A DNA stretch of 64,000 bases from Diplonema japonicum (lineage: Eukaryota; Protista; Euglenozoa: Diplonemea), in NCBI GenBank assembly GCA_964019335.1, contig OZ025750.1, forward strand, positions 1 through 64,000, given 5' to 3'. This document shows, in pieces, positions 1-12,419 of the stretch. The notes under the pieces are model-generated. The model had not been told where the DNA came from. It made no database searches and saw only the letters and a list, made by a program, of their open reading frames with translations. The position numbers were made by a program, and so were the translations under genes. Position 1 is the stretch's first letter, and each line of letters opens with the position of its first letter.

Positions 1-100
1 CGGTGTGGCCGGGCCTCCAGAGGGGGTAGATTGGGGTGGGTAAACCACTGGTTCGTGATAGTCCGCAAAGCAAGCTGGGCACAGATGCACGTTACAAGCC

Positions 101-817
101 TTGCAGATGAAGATAGTTTGCACCCGGACCCCCAAAACACGCATGTGGTGTGTGCATTGTCTTGCTGCATCCAATTTTTTGGGCCCCTCGGTCCCCATTT
201 CAGAACGGGTGCTTGCTGGGCGGTTGTTTCCGGACTGGCGCATAACAGTCGAAAAGCTGTTGTCGCTCATCGCGAACCCGTTTTTGGGCCTGCCTGGGCC
301 TACTTGCTTCTTCACTGGGGCAAGATTAGGTACATTACATTCTGGCGATTTTCTTCGGATTGTTACCACCATGGACTGGACTTTCCTCGGATTGTTTCCA
401 CCACAAACCCGATTCCCACATCTGTTGTACAAGGGTAACGCCAGTATAGAAGTTATCGATGCCGGGGTACAAGGGGAACGCTACCGATGCCGAGCCATCC
501 ACCAGGTGGACACGAATAGTGGCATCGACAAGTCACGTGGGGTGCGCTTTCAGACTGAGCACGACGTTCACTTCATGTCAAGCAAGACGCCATTGAAGGC
601 ACCGCAGGAGATATGGGAGAACGTTGTAAGAGCTTTCATTGTCGCGCTCGAGTTGCAGGACAAGAAGCTCGAAGCAGAGCTCCGCCGCCGAGACATTCTG
701 GTCGCCATGTTGTCCTTTTTTGGCATCATAAGCATTGGTGCTTCTGCAGTGATCACGTGGTACGCCAATCCTGCACGCGAGTCAGGGCTCCCAAACACCA
801 GCACCCCCCTACAATGA
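101..817 (+). CDS. Hypothetical protein with C-terminal transmembrane helix (true start uncertain)
   Basis: 238-aa ORF with a short coiled-coil-like stretch then hydrophobic ILVAMLSFFGIISIGASAVITWY; no family recognised. Confidence 0.45.
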   Translation: MQMKIVCTRTPKTRMWCVHCLAASNFLGPSVPISERVLAGRLFPDWRITVEKLLSLIANPFLGLPGPTCFFTGARLGTLHSGDFLRIVTTMDWTFLGLFPPQTRFPHLLYKGNASIEVIDAGVQGERYRCRAIHQVDTNSGIDKSRGVRFQTEHDVHFMSSKTPLKAPQEIWENVVRAFIVALELQDKKLEAELRRRDILVAMLSFFGIISIGASAVITWYANPARESGLPNTSTPLQ

Positions 818-839
818 CCTCGATCCTTCACCAAGAGGT

Positions 840-1600
840 AATATGCCAAGTGCTGAGATACCTCACATCAGGGTCCACAGTGCTGTGTTTGATTGCTTTC
901 ACGCTTTTACAATGGTATTACAGCAAGGTCTTTACAGTAGATCGACAAGTTGAACACGACCCTGTGTCAGATCCTGTCCGGTGCACAGCCTCACCTGTCC
1001 TCTTTGCAGGCTGGAATACTCTGAAGCGATGCCTACCGTGTGACTTGATCATACTCTCATCAATGATCGATTCTCCGGGGGAATAGTGTTGCAGACAGGT
1101 AGGGGAGCAAGAATCTTATTTTTTTGCAACCTGTCTGTCTCTTCACCCCTCCAAAATGCAACGACCGCTGTAAGCGCAAAAGCAGTAACGTTTCATTACA
1201 CTTGCCAAAAAAAGGTGTGGCGAGGGCACAAATGGTCGGCCAGTAATCTTTTATGCCAGCCTTGCGGATGATGTCCATGAGCACCCACAAGGCCAGAAAC
1301 TGATAGATATCGTCCACAGTGAAGTCAAAGTCGGGGTTGTGGTACTTGCAACGGTGCAAAGAGATTTCACAAACCCCATTGAGATGAACAGCTTGGAAAT
1401 CCTTGATGCACTCATGTGGGAAAAGGGTGATTTCTGCCCCCCCTGTGCCCTGTCACTTCTTACGCGTAACCTGCGTAATATCGCTCTCCCAGGGCATATT
1501 TTCACTCTTCTGGTCACTACTGGCGCTAGGTGAGGTCCCATCGTCAGTGAGAATGTCCCCTTTGGCACTCCCGAACTCGTCTGAATCAGTACTGCTCATG
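840..1600 (-). mobile_element. piggyBac-like transposase remnant (frameshifted)
   Basis: Minus-strand frames give FTVDDIYQFLALWVLMDIIRKAGIKDYW..TPFF, KIRFLL and YSPGESIIDESMIKSHGRHRFRVFQPAKR (piggyBac IDESM..GR catalytic region); ends not defined. Confidence 0.8.
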
Positions 1601-1779
1601 TGAGCTTTCGTGCCACCAAAAACTGGTTTCGAGGGTGTTTTTGGAGGTTAATCTAGGGGCCAAAAGTGATTTTCGATGGAAAAGAAATCGCGGAACTAGG
1701 TCATTCTGTGCAAGGGTAAGGGTCTATGGTACTTAAAATGCCTATACAAAAAATTTTAATTTTTTGATCGCTAGATATC

Positions 1780-1979
1780 TGGAGATGAGAACATATATTA
1801 TAGTGCGACATGATCAGACTGGAACGGCCGCCCCGGGGCATCCTCTGCTCAACCCGGCGGACGTGGGAGGCCCTTCTTCGGAAGGTGCCAGTCGCTTGAT
1901 CAGTGTCGTCGAATGCGCGCTGTATTTTATATTTTATAAGTACATATAACAATCGATTGAAAGAAGAAGAACGTTTACC
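1780..1979 (+). mobile_element. Short structured element family A (copy 1)
   Basis: Near-identical to 39067-39265; structured core at 1817-1893. Confidence 0.8.
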
Positions 1980-2351
1980 AAAGAATTGCAAACCGTGGAT
2001 TTGACATCCTTCACCAACCTTACCTCAATTGGCAATAGCTTCCTGTCTTCATGCTCTGGATTGCAAACTGTAGATTTGACAGTCTTCACCAACGTTACCA
2101 CCATTGGCAATTGGTTCCTGTCTTCATGCTCTGGATTGCAAACTGTGGATTTGACATCCTTCACCAACGTTACCTCAATTGGCAATCGCTTCCTGTTTTC
2201 ATGCTCTGGATTGCAAACCGTGGATTTGACATCCTTCACCAACGTCACCACCATTGGCAATGACTTCCTGTCTTCGTGCACGAGATTGCAAAACATCACG
2301 GCTTTGTCACTTCCTGAAAACCACATCCTGGGGAGCTTCTTAACAAAGTAA
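1980..2351 (+). pseudogene. 3' fragment of 22-aa-repeat LRR gene
   Basis: 66-bp repeats LQTVDLTSFTNVTTIGNxFLSSCSG ending NITALSLPENHILGSFLTK; no N-terminus; parallels 39290-39485. Confidence 0.8.
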
Positions 2352-2479
2352 AACACCAGCAGCCGACCGATCAGACGCAGCAGTGTGAAAAAAAAGACCT
2401 TTCAAACAAACTTTTCCCCACCCCTATAACGTGATTAAAACATCAAGGAGAGTGAATCACACACAGGGGCAGACGTGAA

Positions 2480-2810
2480 CGCACTGATCGCGTTAGTTCG
2501 GGAGGAGTATGAAGGTCGAGGGGGGGGTATTTTTGACGCATGCCACATCTGAAGTGCACACTAGCATGTGCGAGAATCGTGCGAGAATGACGCGAGAGTA
2601 TGCGAGAATGCGAGTCGTTTTGCGAGAATTTCGGCTCATGTTTTGTACGAGAATGCGAGAATGCATGGAAACGCGTTTCCATGCATTTTTTGAAAAATAA
2701 GGGAAACGGAAACGAATACGGAAACGTTTCCTTACGTTTCCAAGAAGGAAACGCGTTTCCATAAGAATTTTGAAAAATAAGTTTCCACGTTTCCTGCCAG
2801 CATAGCCCTG
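2480..2810. repeat. Non-autonomous DNA-transposon-like repeat with CGAGAATG / GAAACG subrepeats
   Basis: 2483-2660 recurs inverted at ~3440-3612; ends in CCCTG at ~2810, resembling the hAT-type CAGGG terminus. Confidence 0.5.
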
Positions 2811-3279
2811 GGTGTCTTCACCAGATTCGTCAGTGTGCCCTGCCCGTTGCTCCTGCTTTTCGCTTCTTTATTCTAGCTTACAATCATTTCAGCTGCCCGA
2901 CGCTCCGTTGAGGGTTGCCTTTGGGTGACAGCGACGGTACCGGTTCTGTCACAAAAGAATTAAGATGGCGTTTTAAGGTATCCAACTTGCATATTTCGTC
3001 GAAATGGGGTTTTTGGGCGACTTTGGGGGGGTGGTTAAGGTGGTTTTTTGCGCCTTTGTGTCACAAATGTGCAAGATTTAAGAAATCTTGGCCTAATTTC
3101 GACCCCTTTGACCACGATGATGAAGTGAACTGAACGTGTTCCCTTCTTAAGGGAAGAAAGTAGTGAAGCTCCAGAAGTGCTGTGTTCAGCTCTACAACCC
3201 AGCGCTGGCGTTCAGCATGCACTTGCGATGATCCGGGGGTCGGGGTCGGGGCTGAGAGTTGCGGTGCTCCAAAACCTCA

Positions 3280-3364
3280 TTTCTCCTTGGAGATGAGAAC
3301 ATATATTATAGTGCGACATGATCAGACTGGAACGGCCGCCCCGGGCATCCTCTGCTCAACCCGG
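3280..3364 (+). mobile_element. Family A element, 3'-truncated copy
   Basis: Matches the first ~85 nt of 39058-39265. Confidence 0.75.
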
Positions 3365-3612
3365 GTGGGATTTTCGGGTATAATTTACCCAGAAGTGCGT
3401 TTCCGGAAAAACACGAATTTCGAGCCGAGTGAAGCGAGTCGCATTCTCGCATTCTCGCACAAAAAGAATCTGAGCCGAAATTCTCGCAAAACGACTCGCA
3501 TTCTCGCACACTCTCGCACGATTCTCGCACATGCTAGTGTGCACTTCAGATGTGCATGTGTCAAAAATACCCCCTCTCGACCTTCATACTCCTCCCGAAC
3601 TAACGCGATCAG
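3365..3612. repeat. Second (inverted) copy of the CGAGAATG repeat element
   Basis: Reverse complement of ~2483-2660. Confidence 0.6.
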
Positions 3613-4194
3613 TCTCCTTCTCGAGCCCTTGTCTCCTTCTCGAATCGGGGCCCCTTTGCCAGCAGCGTGTCTGGTGTCGGTATCTTCATGCGCGAGCTCC
3701 ACCAATGATGCTGGCAGGGGGCGCATTGTGAGGAGGTGGTGACCCTCCCCCCATGGATTTAGATGATGAGCACACGGAGGTGCAGAAGGAGGGGGAAAAA
3801 GAAGGAACAGACAAACATCAATGCTGGATGGAAGGCTGCTCTTTCCAGCTTGGCAAGCTGTCTAGTTAAACACCTCAATGCAGTCCACCATCATTTTGTG
3901 AAACAAGAGCAGGTGAGGCCGGGCAAAGTCGAAATAATAATGTCGAAGTTTTCTTCTGCATATGCTACCCTTCTGCATACACATACATTCATGAAGTGGA
4001 CCGAAGCAACACGACAGACGAGTGGGGGGCAAATAGGCCGGGTAAAGACTTTAAAAAAAAAAAAAAAAGACGACCTCTTCCCATAGCTTACACAAAGGCG
4101 GCCTTTAATTACTGCAGCAACTGACCTGATTTCTTCTTTTTTTTTTCTTTTTTTCTTCCAGTAGCGTTCTTCAAAAGGAAAAAAAAAAAAAAAA

Positions 4195-6954
4195 ATGAAG
4201 GGCGCAGGAGGTGGCGAAGAAGGCCTGAAGGGCCGCATAGAGCGGCTCTCAGCAGCGATCCACAGCGGGACAGAGCTAGCTTTCGAGAAGCTAGGCACAG
4301 TAGTGGTGGACAATCCATGGTGGACGATCGGTGCATGCCTGCTTTTCACGGCAGCACTGGGACAGGGAGTGTGGTTCTTCGATGAAGAGCTGTCCTCCGA
4401 CAAGCAGTTCACCCCACGTGGCAGCCAAGCGGTAAAGGAAGAGACATGGGTGGTCGACACCTTCGGGCACGAGAACAGGGGTGTGACAATGATGTTCGAG
4501 GGGAACGAGAACACCAACATGCTGGCAAAGACCTCTTTGCTATACATGCAAAGCATGCACGAGTGGCTCCTATCGCAGACCCTCACAGTCGATGGCGAGC
4601 ACGTCACCTACAACACAGTCTGCGCGAGGTATACTCCACATGACGCATGCAAGTCCCCTGTATCCATATTGTCTTACTGGCAGCATAACCGCACCCTCCT
4701 CGAGGCCGATGCGAACCCTTTGAACACTGTCAACACTGTTGACTGGCGTGATATCGAACCCTCCGGCCCGCCCCTCTCGTACTACCTTGGCAGCGATGTT
4801 ACCCGGAACACCGCCGGAAAGCTTGCTTCAACCAGAGCGGCGAGCATCTCGTACAATTTGAAGAACGAGCAGAAGGAAGTCAGCGGGCTTGGGGTGGACG
4901 ATCCGCAAAGCAGATACTTCGAGATTCAATCTGCTGAAAAGTCCGAATCCAGACGCAGCGCTGACAGAACCGAACACGGTGCAGCGGTCTTCCTGATGAC
5001 AACAGGACAGGAAGAGGAGGCGGGCGACAGTGCGATCAGTTCCGATGTGAGCAACCTTGCTATGGGGTACGTGTTGATGCTTGCTTACGCCTCGTTCGTT
5101 CTATCTCGTAGCCGTGCTAAGTACTCCCACTCCGTGATGGGGGTCATCTCGGTGGTCTCGACTGGTCTCTCAACATTCAGCGCGTACGGATTTTGCTGGT
5201 TCATCGGAGTGAAGTTCAATTCGGTGGTACAAGTTTTAATCCTCGTCCTGCTTGGAGTGGGCATTGATGACACGTTTGTCATAATGGACTCCTGGTGGGA
5301 CTGCGGACACATCCCCAGCATGAGAGAGCGTATGATCGGAGCCATCAAGCACGCGGGACCCGCCATTACCGTAACATCGGTGACAGACCTCATTGCATTT
5401 CTCGCCGGGTCCAGTACAGAGCTGCCCGCGTTGAAGGATTTTTGTTACTATGCTACAGTGGGTATCACATTCGACTTTGCGTTTCAATGCACCTTCGTGG
5501 TTGCTATCGCATACCTTGACTCTTTACGGCAGGACAGGTCGAGGTCTGATTTGTTGTGTTGCTTGGTTGTGGCTGACGATGATGCGATGGGCCCGTGTTG
5601 TTGCGTGAAGAAGGAAACCCCGCCAGGATGGACAGAAACCGAACGCGGTCTGCAGGCCCGTGTAATCGGCACGCACCTACCACGGTTCATCATCGGAACC
5701 AACATCGGGAGAGGTTTTGTCATGGTCGTCTCCGCGTTCTTCCTAGGATACGGAGCATACGGCTGCACGAATGTAAAGATGAACTACAACAACGAATGGT
5801 TTGTCCCCGACAACCACGCCTACCAGGATGTACTAAGCGTCCGCGACAGATACTTCAAAGGAACTGATTTACCAGCTAGCGTTTACTACAAAGCGCTTGA
5901 TTATGCCAACGAGCAGCACATTGTTATACAAGGGAGCGAGGTGCTTAAGAAAAACCCTTGGGTGGTGTCGAAATCTACCTCATCATGGATGGAAGACTTT
6001 CACCTGTGGGTTCGGCAGAACCACGGCTACGCATGGGAACAAATGAACGGCGGCCGTGTCGCCACAACTCAGTTCTACCCCTTGCTGAAAAGCTACGCAT
6101 CTACCTCAACCGGGCCTCGAAGCGGGTGGCAGCACATCGACAACATCAGGTGGGACACCAACAACAATTCTCTCATCGCATCGAGGATAGGATATCTCAT
6201 AGTAGGCGACGCTCTGACAGAAGGCGAAAGCGCTGTTGAGGCCATGGACAGCCTCAGAACTGACCTACAAGAAACCACCGCATTCCCATGGACGAAGGCT
6301 TTCGTCTTTTGGGAGTCCTATAAGCTGATGATAGGGGAGATCACGAGGAACGTCGCGATCGCGGGGTCATGCGTTTTCGTCTTAGTCACCGTCATGATAG
6401 CAAATCTGCAACAAGGCCTTCTTGTCACGCTTGCTATTGGATGTGTGGATGTATGTATGTTGGGGTTCATGCCTGTTGTCGGTGTTGAGTTGAATGGTGT
6501 GTCTGTTATATGTATTGTGCTAGCGGTAGGCCTTAGTGTTGACTACAGTGTGCACGTTGCTGGTGCGTTTTTATTGGTGAGGTGTGATGATGATGATATG
6601 TACTCGGGTCGGGCGCAGAGGGCAGCGTTTGCGATTTGGAAGATGGGGCCTGCTGTTGTGAATGGTGGGCTGTCTACTTTTATTGCGATTCTGCCGGCTG
6701 CTTTGGCCATCTCCTACGTGTTCAAGGTGTTCTTCAGGATGTTCGCGCTGATTATATTCTTCGGGCAGTGGTTTGGGGTCTTGCTTCTTCCGGTGATGCT
6801 CTCCTTTGTGGGGCCGGACCCTTACCTCACCGCGAAGGAGCTTAATGCGGACCCGCGGCAGAACCCCCTCCATCTGGAACACGGGGGTGTTTCTGTGTCG
6901 GTTAAGAAAACCAGCTTTTCTGGTGAAATGTTGAGCCATCCGTTGATACCTTGA
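4195..6954 (+). CDS. Patched/NPC1-family sterol-sensing-domain membrane protein
   Basis: 919 aa, RND-like duplicated TM bundle; motifs LGVGIDDTFVI, GPAITVTSVTD, PALKDFC, AVGLSVDYSVH, GLLLPVMLS-type end. Confidence 0.93.
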   Translation: MKGAGGGEEGLKGRIERLSAAIHSGTELAFEKLGTVVVDNPWWTIGACLLFTAALGQGVWFFDEELSSDKQFTPRGSQAVKEETWVVDTFGHENRGVTMMFEGNENTNMLAKTSLLYMQSMHEWLLSQTLTVDGEHVTYNTVCARYTPHDACKSPVSILSYWQHNRTLLEADANPLNTVNTVDWRDIEPSGPPLSYYLGSDVTRNTAGKLASTRAASISYNLKNEQKEVSGLGVDDPQSRYFEIQSAEKSESRRSADRTEHGAAVFLMTTGQEEEAGDSAISSDVSNLAMGYVLMLAYASFVLSRSRAKYSHSVMGVISVVSTGLSTFSAYGFCWFIGVKFNSVVQVLILVLLGVGIDDTFVIMDSWWDCGHIPSMRERMIGAIKHAGPAITVTSVTDLIAFLAGSSTELPALKDFCYYATVGITFDFAFQCTFVVAIAYLDSLRQDRSRSDLLCCLVVADDDAMGPCCCVKKETPPGWTETERGLQARVIGTHLPRFIIGTNIGRGFVMVVSAFFLGYGAYGCTNVKMNYNNEWFVPDNHAYQDVLSVRDRYFKGTDLPASVYYKALDYANEQHIVIQGSEVLKKNPWVVSKSTSSWMEDFHLWVRQNHGYAWEQMNGGRVATTQFYPLLKSYASTSTGPRSGWQHIDNIRWDTNNNSLIASRIGYLIVGDALTEGESAVEAMDSLRTDLQETTAFPWTKAFVFWESYKLMIGEITRNVAIAGSCVFVLVTVMIANLQQGLLVTLAIGCVDVCMLGFMPVVGVELNGVSVICIVLAVGLSVDYSVHVAGAFLLVRCDDDDMYSGRAQRAAFAIWKMGPAVVNGGLSTFIAILPAALAISYVFKVFFRMFALIIFFGQWFGVLLLPVMLSFVGPDPYLTAKELNADPRQNPLHLEHGGVSVSVKKTSFSGEMLSHPLIP

Positions 6955-7710
6955 TTTTTTTTTTTCCCCTCCCCTCGAACCCCCCCCAATGCTTCGTTTG
7001 TCGGATTTATCCTTTCTTGCCCCGATTTTCCTCTTTTTTTCTTTATTTTTTTTTTCTTCTTTCTTTTTTTTTTCCCTCTCTGAGAGGGGGGAAGGAAAAA
7101 AAAGGGGAAAAAAAAGAAGAGAGAAAAAAAAAAAAAAAAAAAAAAAAAAGTATTCATCACTTTTCTCTTTCGAAAAGTTTTTACGATTTTGCATTTGAGA
7201 CAGCAAAAAAAAAAAAAAGAAAAAAAAAAAATCGAGTCTTTTGACTTGTCCGATTGGGGGACTGGAGCCTTCAGTCCCTTTTTCACTCCTTATGATATGA
7301 GCTCGTCGGGGGGAAAAAAGATGTCCACACAAGTACTGCCCGTGGAAAATGTCCGAAAAGTTTCTAAGTAAGGTCCGGCACAATTTGCGGGAAATCTCTT
7401 TTTTTTTTTTTCCGAACGAGCTTTTATTCAGAATACGTAAATGTTGATGATAGCCTATCTTAATTAGCCCCTTCCCTCTCTTTTTTTTCTCTCTTTTTTG
7501 TTTTGTTTTTTTATTTTCCTTTTTTTTTTAAGTCTTCTTTCCAGGCTAGCCTATATAATTAAGAAAAAAAGCCCCCGGACTTCCCGGACACGATTAAGTA
7601 AATGAATTGTTATTGCTTAAAAGAGTTTTAAAAAAAGAAAAAAAAGCTGCTTCCTGCAGGGCAAAACTGACTTTTGCTCAAGCAGCACGTAAGTGCGAAC
7701 CCAAAATGTT

Positions 7711-7748
<38 letters not shown>

Positions 7749-7832
7749 TGCGTTCCCCCTCCGTTCCTGTTTTGTTTCAAAAAAAAAAAAAAAAAGAAAA
7801 ATGACCATTTACTTAATAAAAATCAGATTACC

Positions 7833-8722
7833 CAGGGCCCCCGGTTCAAAATGGGTTTTTTTCGATAGACCTGCGGTGCTTTTTGGCCGATTTTTTGACC
7901 CTTTTTTTCAAAAAAAAAAATAAAAATAGGGCCTCTCGTTGGCTTGAACACTTTTTTTTTTTTCTCCCTGAACGTTTGTGCTACTCCTCCAGAAACTCAG
8001 CCTCAGTAAGGTTCACATGCCGTCTGCTTGTCGGCATATCATGAAACCGTCTTATGACGCAACTGATGAGGTCTTCACTCGGAACATCTGCCCCCTCCGT
8101 GCTTATCACCAATAGACGATTCAGTTTCTCACGTTTAATTGATGTCCCGAGCCTTGTGAACACGAGGAGCAGCTTGCTGAAACTGCGTTCGACCGCTGCT
8201 GTAGAGCAGGGAATTGCGGATAGCAGCAAGAAGAACTCTATCGATGCAGGGCTTAGGAAAGAGCCCTGATGGTGCCTCTGCCTAAGTGGTGAAGCAACGG
8301 CTCGACCAACTGCTTAGCTGTTTCGATTTCGGGCCTGAGCCTTATTCGTGGTTCAGACTGGATGCCGTGGAACTGAGTTGGACTCCGTGGGACACGCAAA
8401 AGCTCGTCCATGGGGGGTTCTCGACACGAGCTGCCGATTCAGCGAGCTTCATGATTGCATCAAGCAACCCGTTCACAGAACCGAATGAGAGGGAACTCTT
8501 CTGCAGTTTATTATTCAGTGGGTGCAGGCAATGCAATGCGGACTAAAACCACTCACCCCTTGATTAATAAAAAGAGAAAAATTCCTCACAAAGGGGGCAA
8601 CCCCTGCCCCCTTATGGCCTACCGCAGGTACTAGAAATTCGCCGGTCTGCGTAGATCGGCGGCGTTTTCAAAAAGAATTGCTTAGACCGGCGATCGCCGC
8701 CATCCACCTTACCGGGGGCCTG
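7833..8722 (-). mobile_element. Internally deleted hAT transposon
   Basis: TIRs CAGGGCCCCCGGT / ACCGGGGGCCTG, flanking duplication GATTACC, and hAT C-terminal dimerisation motif IPCSTAAVERSFSKL (7981-8229, minus). Confidence 0.85.
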
Positions 8723-9287
8723 GATTACCGAGTAAAAAATTTGGCTGATTTTTTTTATTTTTAGCATGATATTAAATGAGGGAAGACACCAAGAAAATTG
8801 AATTTAAATTTTTTTTTTTTTTTTTTCTCATTGAAACTATAAATCATATTGGAGTGTAAACTTTACAGAAATCAAATTTGGAAAAAAAAATTGGAAGAAA
8901 AAAAAAGAACCCTTGCTTTTCTTCTTAGTAAATAATAGCCACTTATTCAAGACATAGTACCCTACAGGGACCTGCCCTCATGTGTGCGTCCTTCAACTCT
9001 TACACTTCTTTTTTTTTTTTTTCCTTCCTTTTTTTTTCTTTCCCTTCCGATACTATCTGCAAAACCTAGCACTATTCCCCACACGGGCGACGTGAGTCCC
9101 CACTAGCTTCTTGAAGACTAGCTTTTCTTTTATTTTTGGATGGACCTGTATCCGCTGATGAGTGTGACAAATTACAAGGACGTAATCAGTGCAATCTGAT
9201 GACTTGCGCCTACCACGCATTCCTCATTCAAGGAGAATAATTGCAGTCTAGCGCAAAAACGCCCTAAAAACGGACCTTAAAAGAATA

Positions 9288-10905
9288 CTGTAAAACGAAA
9301 AACTCCCGGACGGAAAAATGTCCGAGTTTTTTTGGCGTCCGGGAATTTTTCCGTCCGGGAATTTTTTTTAGGTAAGGCCGTCAGGGGGCCTGGTCCACTA
9401 CCACCTACATACTGGCCTGGGCGTGCAAACGGCAACCGCGCGAAGAAACCCCCAGGGTTCCCTTTCTGCATCTTTGTCCTCCCTTGCTGCCCTGAGGCAA
9501 TCAGCTTGTCGAGCCTTCGTGTGGCCTACTACCTTTCTTAATAGATGCTTTACAGCTGCGTTCAACCCAATATCCATCGGTTGAACCATGTAGGTGAGCC
9601 CAGGGGGACAAAAGCAATGTGCACGTTTGCGCCTGCGAACCACTCTACGAACCCATAGGCATAGGTCGTGTGAGAGTTGTGGTCGCCGACAAGCAGCAGA
9701 ATCGGCCCGTTCGGCAAAACCATGGGAATCAATGATTTATAGCAAAAAGGAAGAAACAGCTCCGTAACCCAGATACCGAGTATCATAATTAGCCCAATGA
9801 TTGGGCGATGCCGTTAGGCTCCATTCGGTGGGCGGGTGCTTGACCGGGGCACGGATAATCCCTGCCGGTTGCGTTTCCGCTTTGCCTTTGTATTTAACCA
9901 TCCAGCCAAGGAAACAGCAGCTGTTCGGTTATAGCCCGTTTTGTCCCCCAAGCCACGGACTTTTACGACCTTAGCACCCCTTTTTGTTTTGGTTTTTAAC
10001 CCCGTATTCCAGACCAATTCCGGCCTTACTATGGGTGTCGATTATGGACCTGAATTCCATGGTGAAACAGCGTGCCTTCTCGTTGTCCTTCTCGTTTCCG
10101 GGCTTTCCGGAGGTGGCTTGCGGCTTTTGTCTTTCTTGCTGCAAAATTTTGTCAGCCTAGCCAGTGGAAAAGGACAGTGCCCCACCAAATTCGGGCTGGA
10201 TTGGCGCACAGCAGCCCTTCTGCATAGGTGCATATTTGTTGTGCTGGGATAGGCTCACCAAGCCCGTTTACCTATCGACTCAAGCAAAAACCTTTCAGCC
10301 CCCGAAGGATGCTAAATCCCGTATTGGGCGATATGCAGCTATCACGGCGTCGCGGCGGCCAGGGTGTGGTAGGGTGGAATAGCAACGTCCAGTATTTCCG
10401 TCCGGAAGAAACCGGGGGCTCTGTTGAACCTGTTGCTGCCGTCTTCTGACCGAGGCAGAGGCCGCCAAGCTGCTTTCGGGGGTTTGTACTGGCCCGGTGT
10501 GAGGAGTTTATCTCCTCCACCTCTCGGGGGTGAGCTGGCCGGGGGTGTCAGCACCAAAGTTGGGCCCCTCACAAGCCAGCTGCTCAACGTGCCTTGGGTA
10601 GTCGAACTGGTCAATCTGACGAAAGAAGTACGGGTTTTTTTTTTGAGAAGTTAAAGATCCCGTGGGTGTGGTTTGTTGGTGCATTGAAAGGGGAAGAAAA
10701 ATTCAAACTGCCACGCAGGGTGACATTTTGGCTCTGCACAAGGAATAAAGCCCTTCGAGGCAAACGTGGTGGGAGCTGCTACCCCCCTTAAGTAAAAAAA
10801 CTTCTTCCCAGAAAAACTCCCGGACGGAAAAATGTCCGAGTTTTTTTGGTGTCCGGGAGTTTTTCTGTCCGAGAATTTTTCCGTCCGACATTATTCGTTT
10901 TACAG
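9288..10905 (-). mobile_element. pogo/Tc1-mariner-type (DDE_1) transposon, decayed
   Basis: TIRs CTGTAAAACGAA / TTCGTTTTACAG with TA on both sides; transposase pieces ILLLVGDHNSH and PPGLTYMVQPMDIGLN. Confidence 0.88.
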
Positions 10906-10908
10906 TAG

Positions 10909-10940
<32 letters not shown>

Positions 10941-11400
10941 CTTCTTCTTTTTTTTTTTTTTTATGCTTCTTCTCCTTCCAAAAAAAAAAAAAAAAACACT
11001 CGAAGTTCGAAAAATTTGAGCTTCGCGTGTCACAGCCATCCGTTAAAAGGGAATGAGATTGCTTCAAAAGTCCTGACATCTTTTAAGTAAGGATGGTGTT
11101 ATTTCCCCCCCCTTTTGATCATGCAATATGGTACACATAAGTGCTCAGGGGGCAACTGCCACGAAAAAGAAAGAGAAAAAAAGGAATAATTTTTTCTTAA
11201 AGGTTTTATGGTTGATAAAGGGGGAGGACGCACAGAAACAAAAAACAAGAAGAAAAAAAAAAAAAGAAATATAGCTGGCGTCTTAACCTGTTAGTAGCGG
11301 TAAAAAGGCAAAACACAGCTTTCTTTTTTGTGGGGTAATCTAAAGAAAAAAAAAAAAAAGAAACGTCTTAGCTTTCTCTTTGCCGTTTGCTTCTTTTTTT

Positions 11401-12080
11401 GGCGGGACGCAGCCCTACAAGCGAAGAGGCAGGAGGTGTACCACACACACCAGTGGCTGGAGATCACACAAGGTCAAGAACACCCAGTACCGTCGGACAA
11501 GGACTTCGGCAAGCTACCGGCAGGGGATGTCCTACGGGAGTACACGAAGGAGGTGCTGAGGTGGATGCGGCAACTGCGCTGGTATGCAGGCAACAGGAAC
11601 ACGTCAGTGTCGACGGTGGAGCTGGCACTGGATTTCGAGAACGTGACCGGGAAGACCCTTGGAGGGAAGCTGGGGGATCTCGCAGAAGTACAGCAGAAAG
11701 CGAGGAGATTGCATGGACTGATGAAGAAGATCTGGCACACATGGGAGCTAGGGAGGGTACTGAAGAAGGTGAAAGGAAGGAGGGCCTTCCCAGCTGAGCC
11801 GAGCACAAGGGTGCACACACTACGATCCATCGGGAGGACAAAGGCGGTGATCGGATGGAACAGGAGGGCGATATTTGCATCACCGAAGACCAAGCATGAC
11901 CTAGAGGCGTTGAAAGGACAATGGGCGAGAGAACGAAGAGAAAGAGCGGCCAGGCTGGGGAGAAGGCCGGCAAGACCACCAAAGGAGGAGAAACCGCTGC
12001 TGAAAGGGGATAGGTGCAGGTAGAAGATGAGAACAAGGGGGCGTCTCACAAAGACTTCCTTTAACTCATATATATTTTTT
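11401..12080 (+). mobile_element. 5'-truncated non-LTR retrotransposon (ORF2 C-terminus and 3' tail)
   Basis: WMRQLRW..VSTVELALDFENVTG domain shared with the other LINEs here; 3' stem-loop then T-tract; T-tract also on the 5' side. Confidence 0.85.
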
Positions 12081-12419
12081 TTCTTTTTATCCTAAGAAAA
12101 AAAAAAACCCCCCTTCTTTTTTATATATTTTTAAAGATTCTTCCGGCTATACCAGATTAACACTTCCCTAAGGCCCACTTGCTGGTAGGTCACTGCCACG
12201 CTTTGGTGTGAAGTAATAAAGAAGAAGAAGGTGTAAACTTAAGAAGGCTGGTGGTGTAATGAAAAGCCCCTCCCCATGGTGGTGGTTACCTCGTGGGTTT
12301 TTACTTTTTCGCTTTTTTTTGTTCCCACTTGCAATGTCATTTCAGTTACCTCGTGGGGGGGGAAAAAAAAAAAAGAAAAGAAGCTCACCCGAGAAAAGAA
12401 AACAAAAAAAAAAAAAAAA

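Noticed and set aside
6951-7868. Poly-Lys/poly-Phe ORFs here and in other intergenic regions
   Set aside because: Artefacts of A/T homopolymer tracts
9150-9205. Hammerhead ribozyme or C/D snoRNA (CTGATGAG...CTGA)
   Set aside because: No GAAA core with matching stems; box spacing too short for a typical C/D snoRNA
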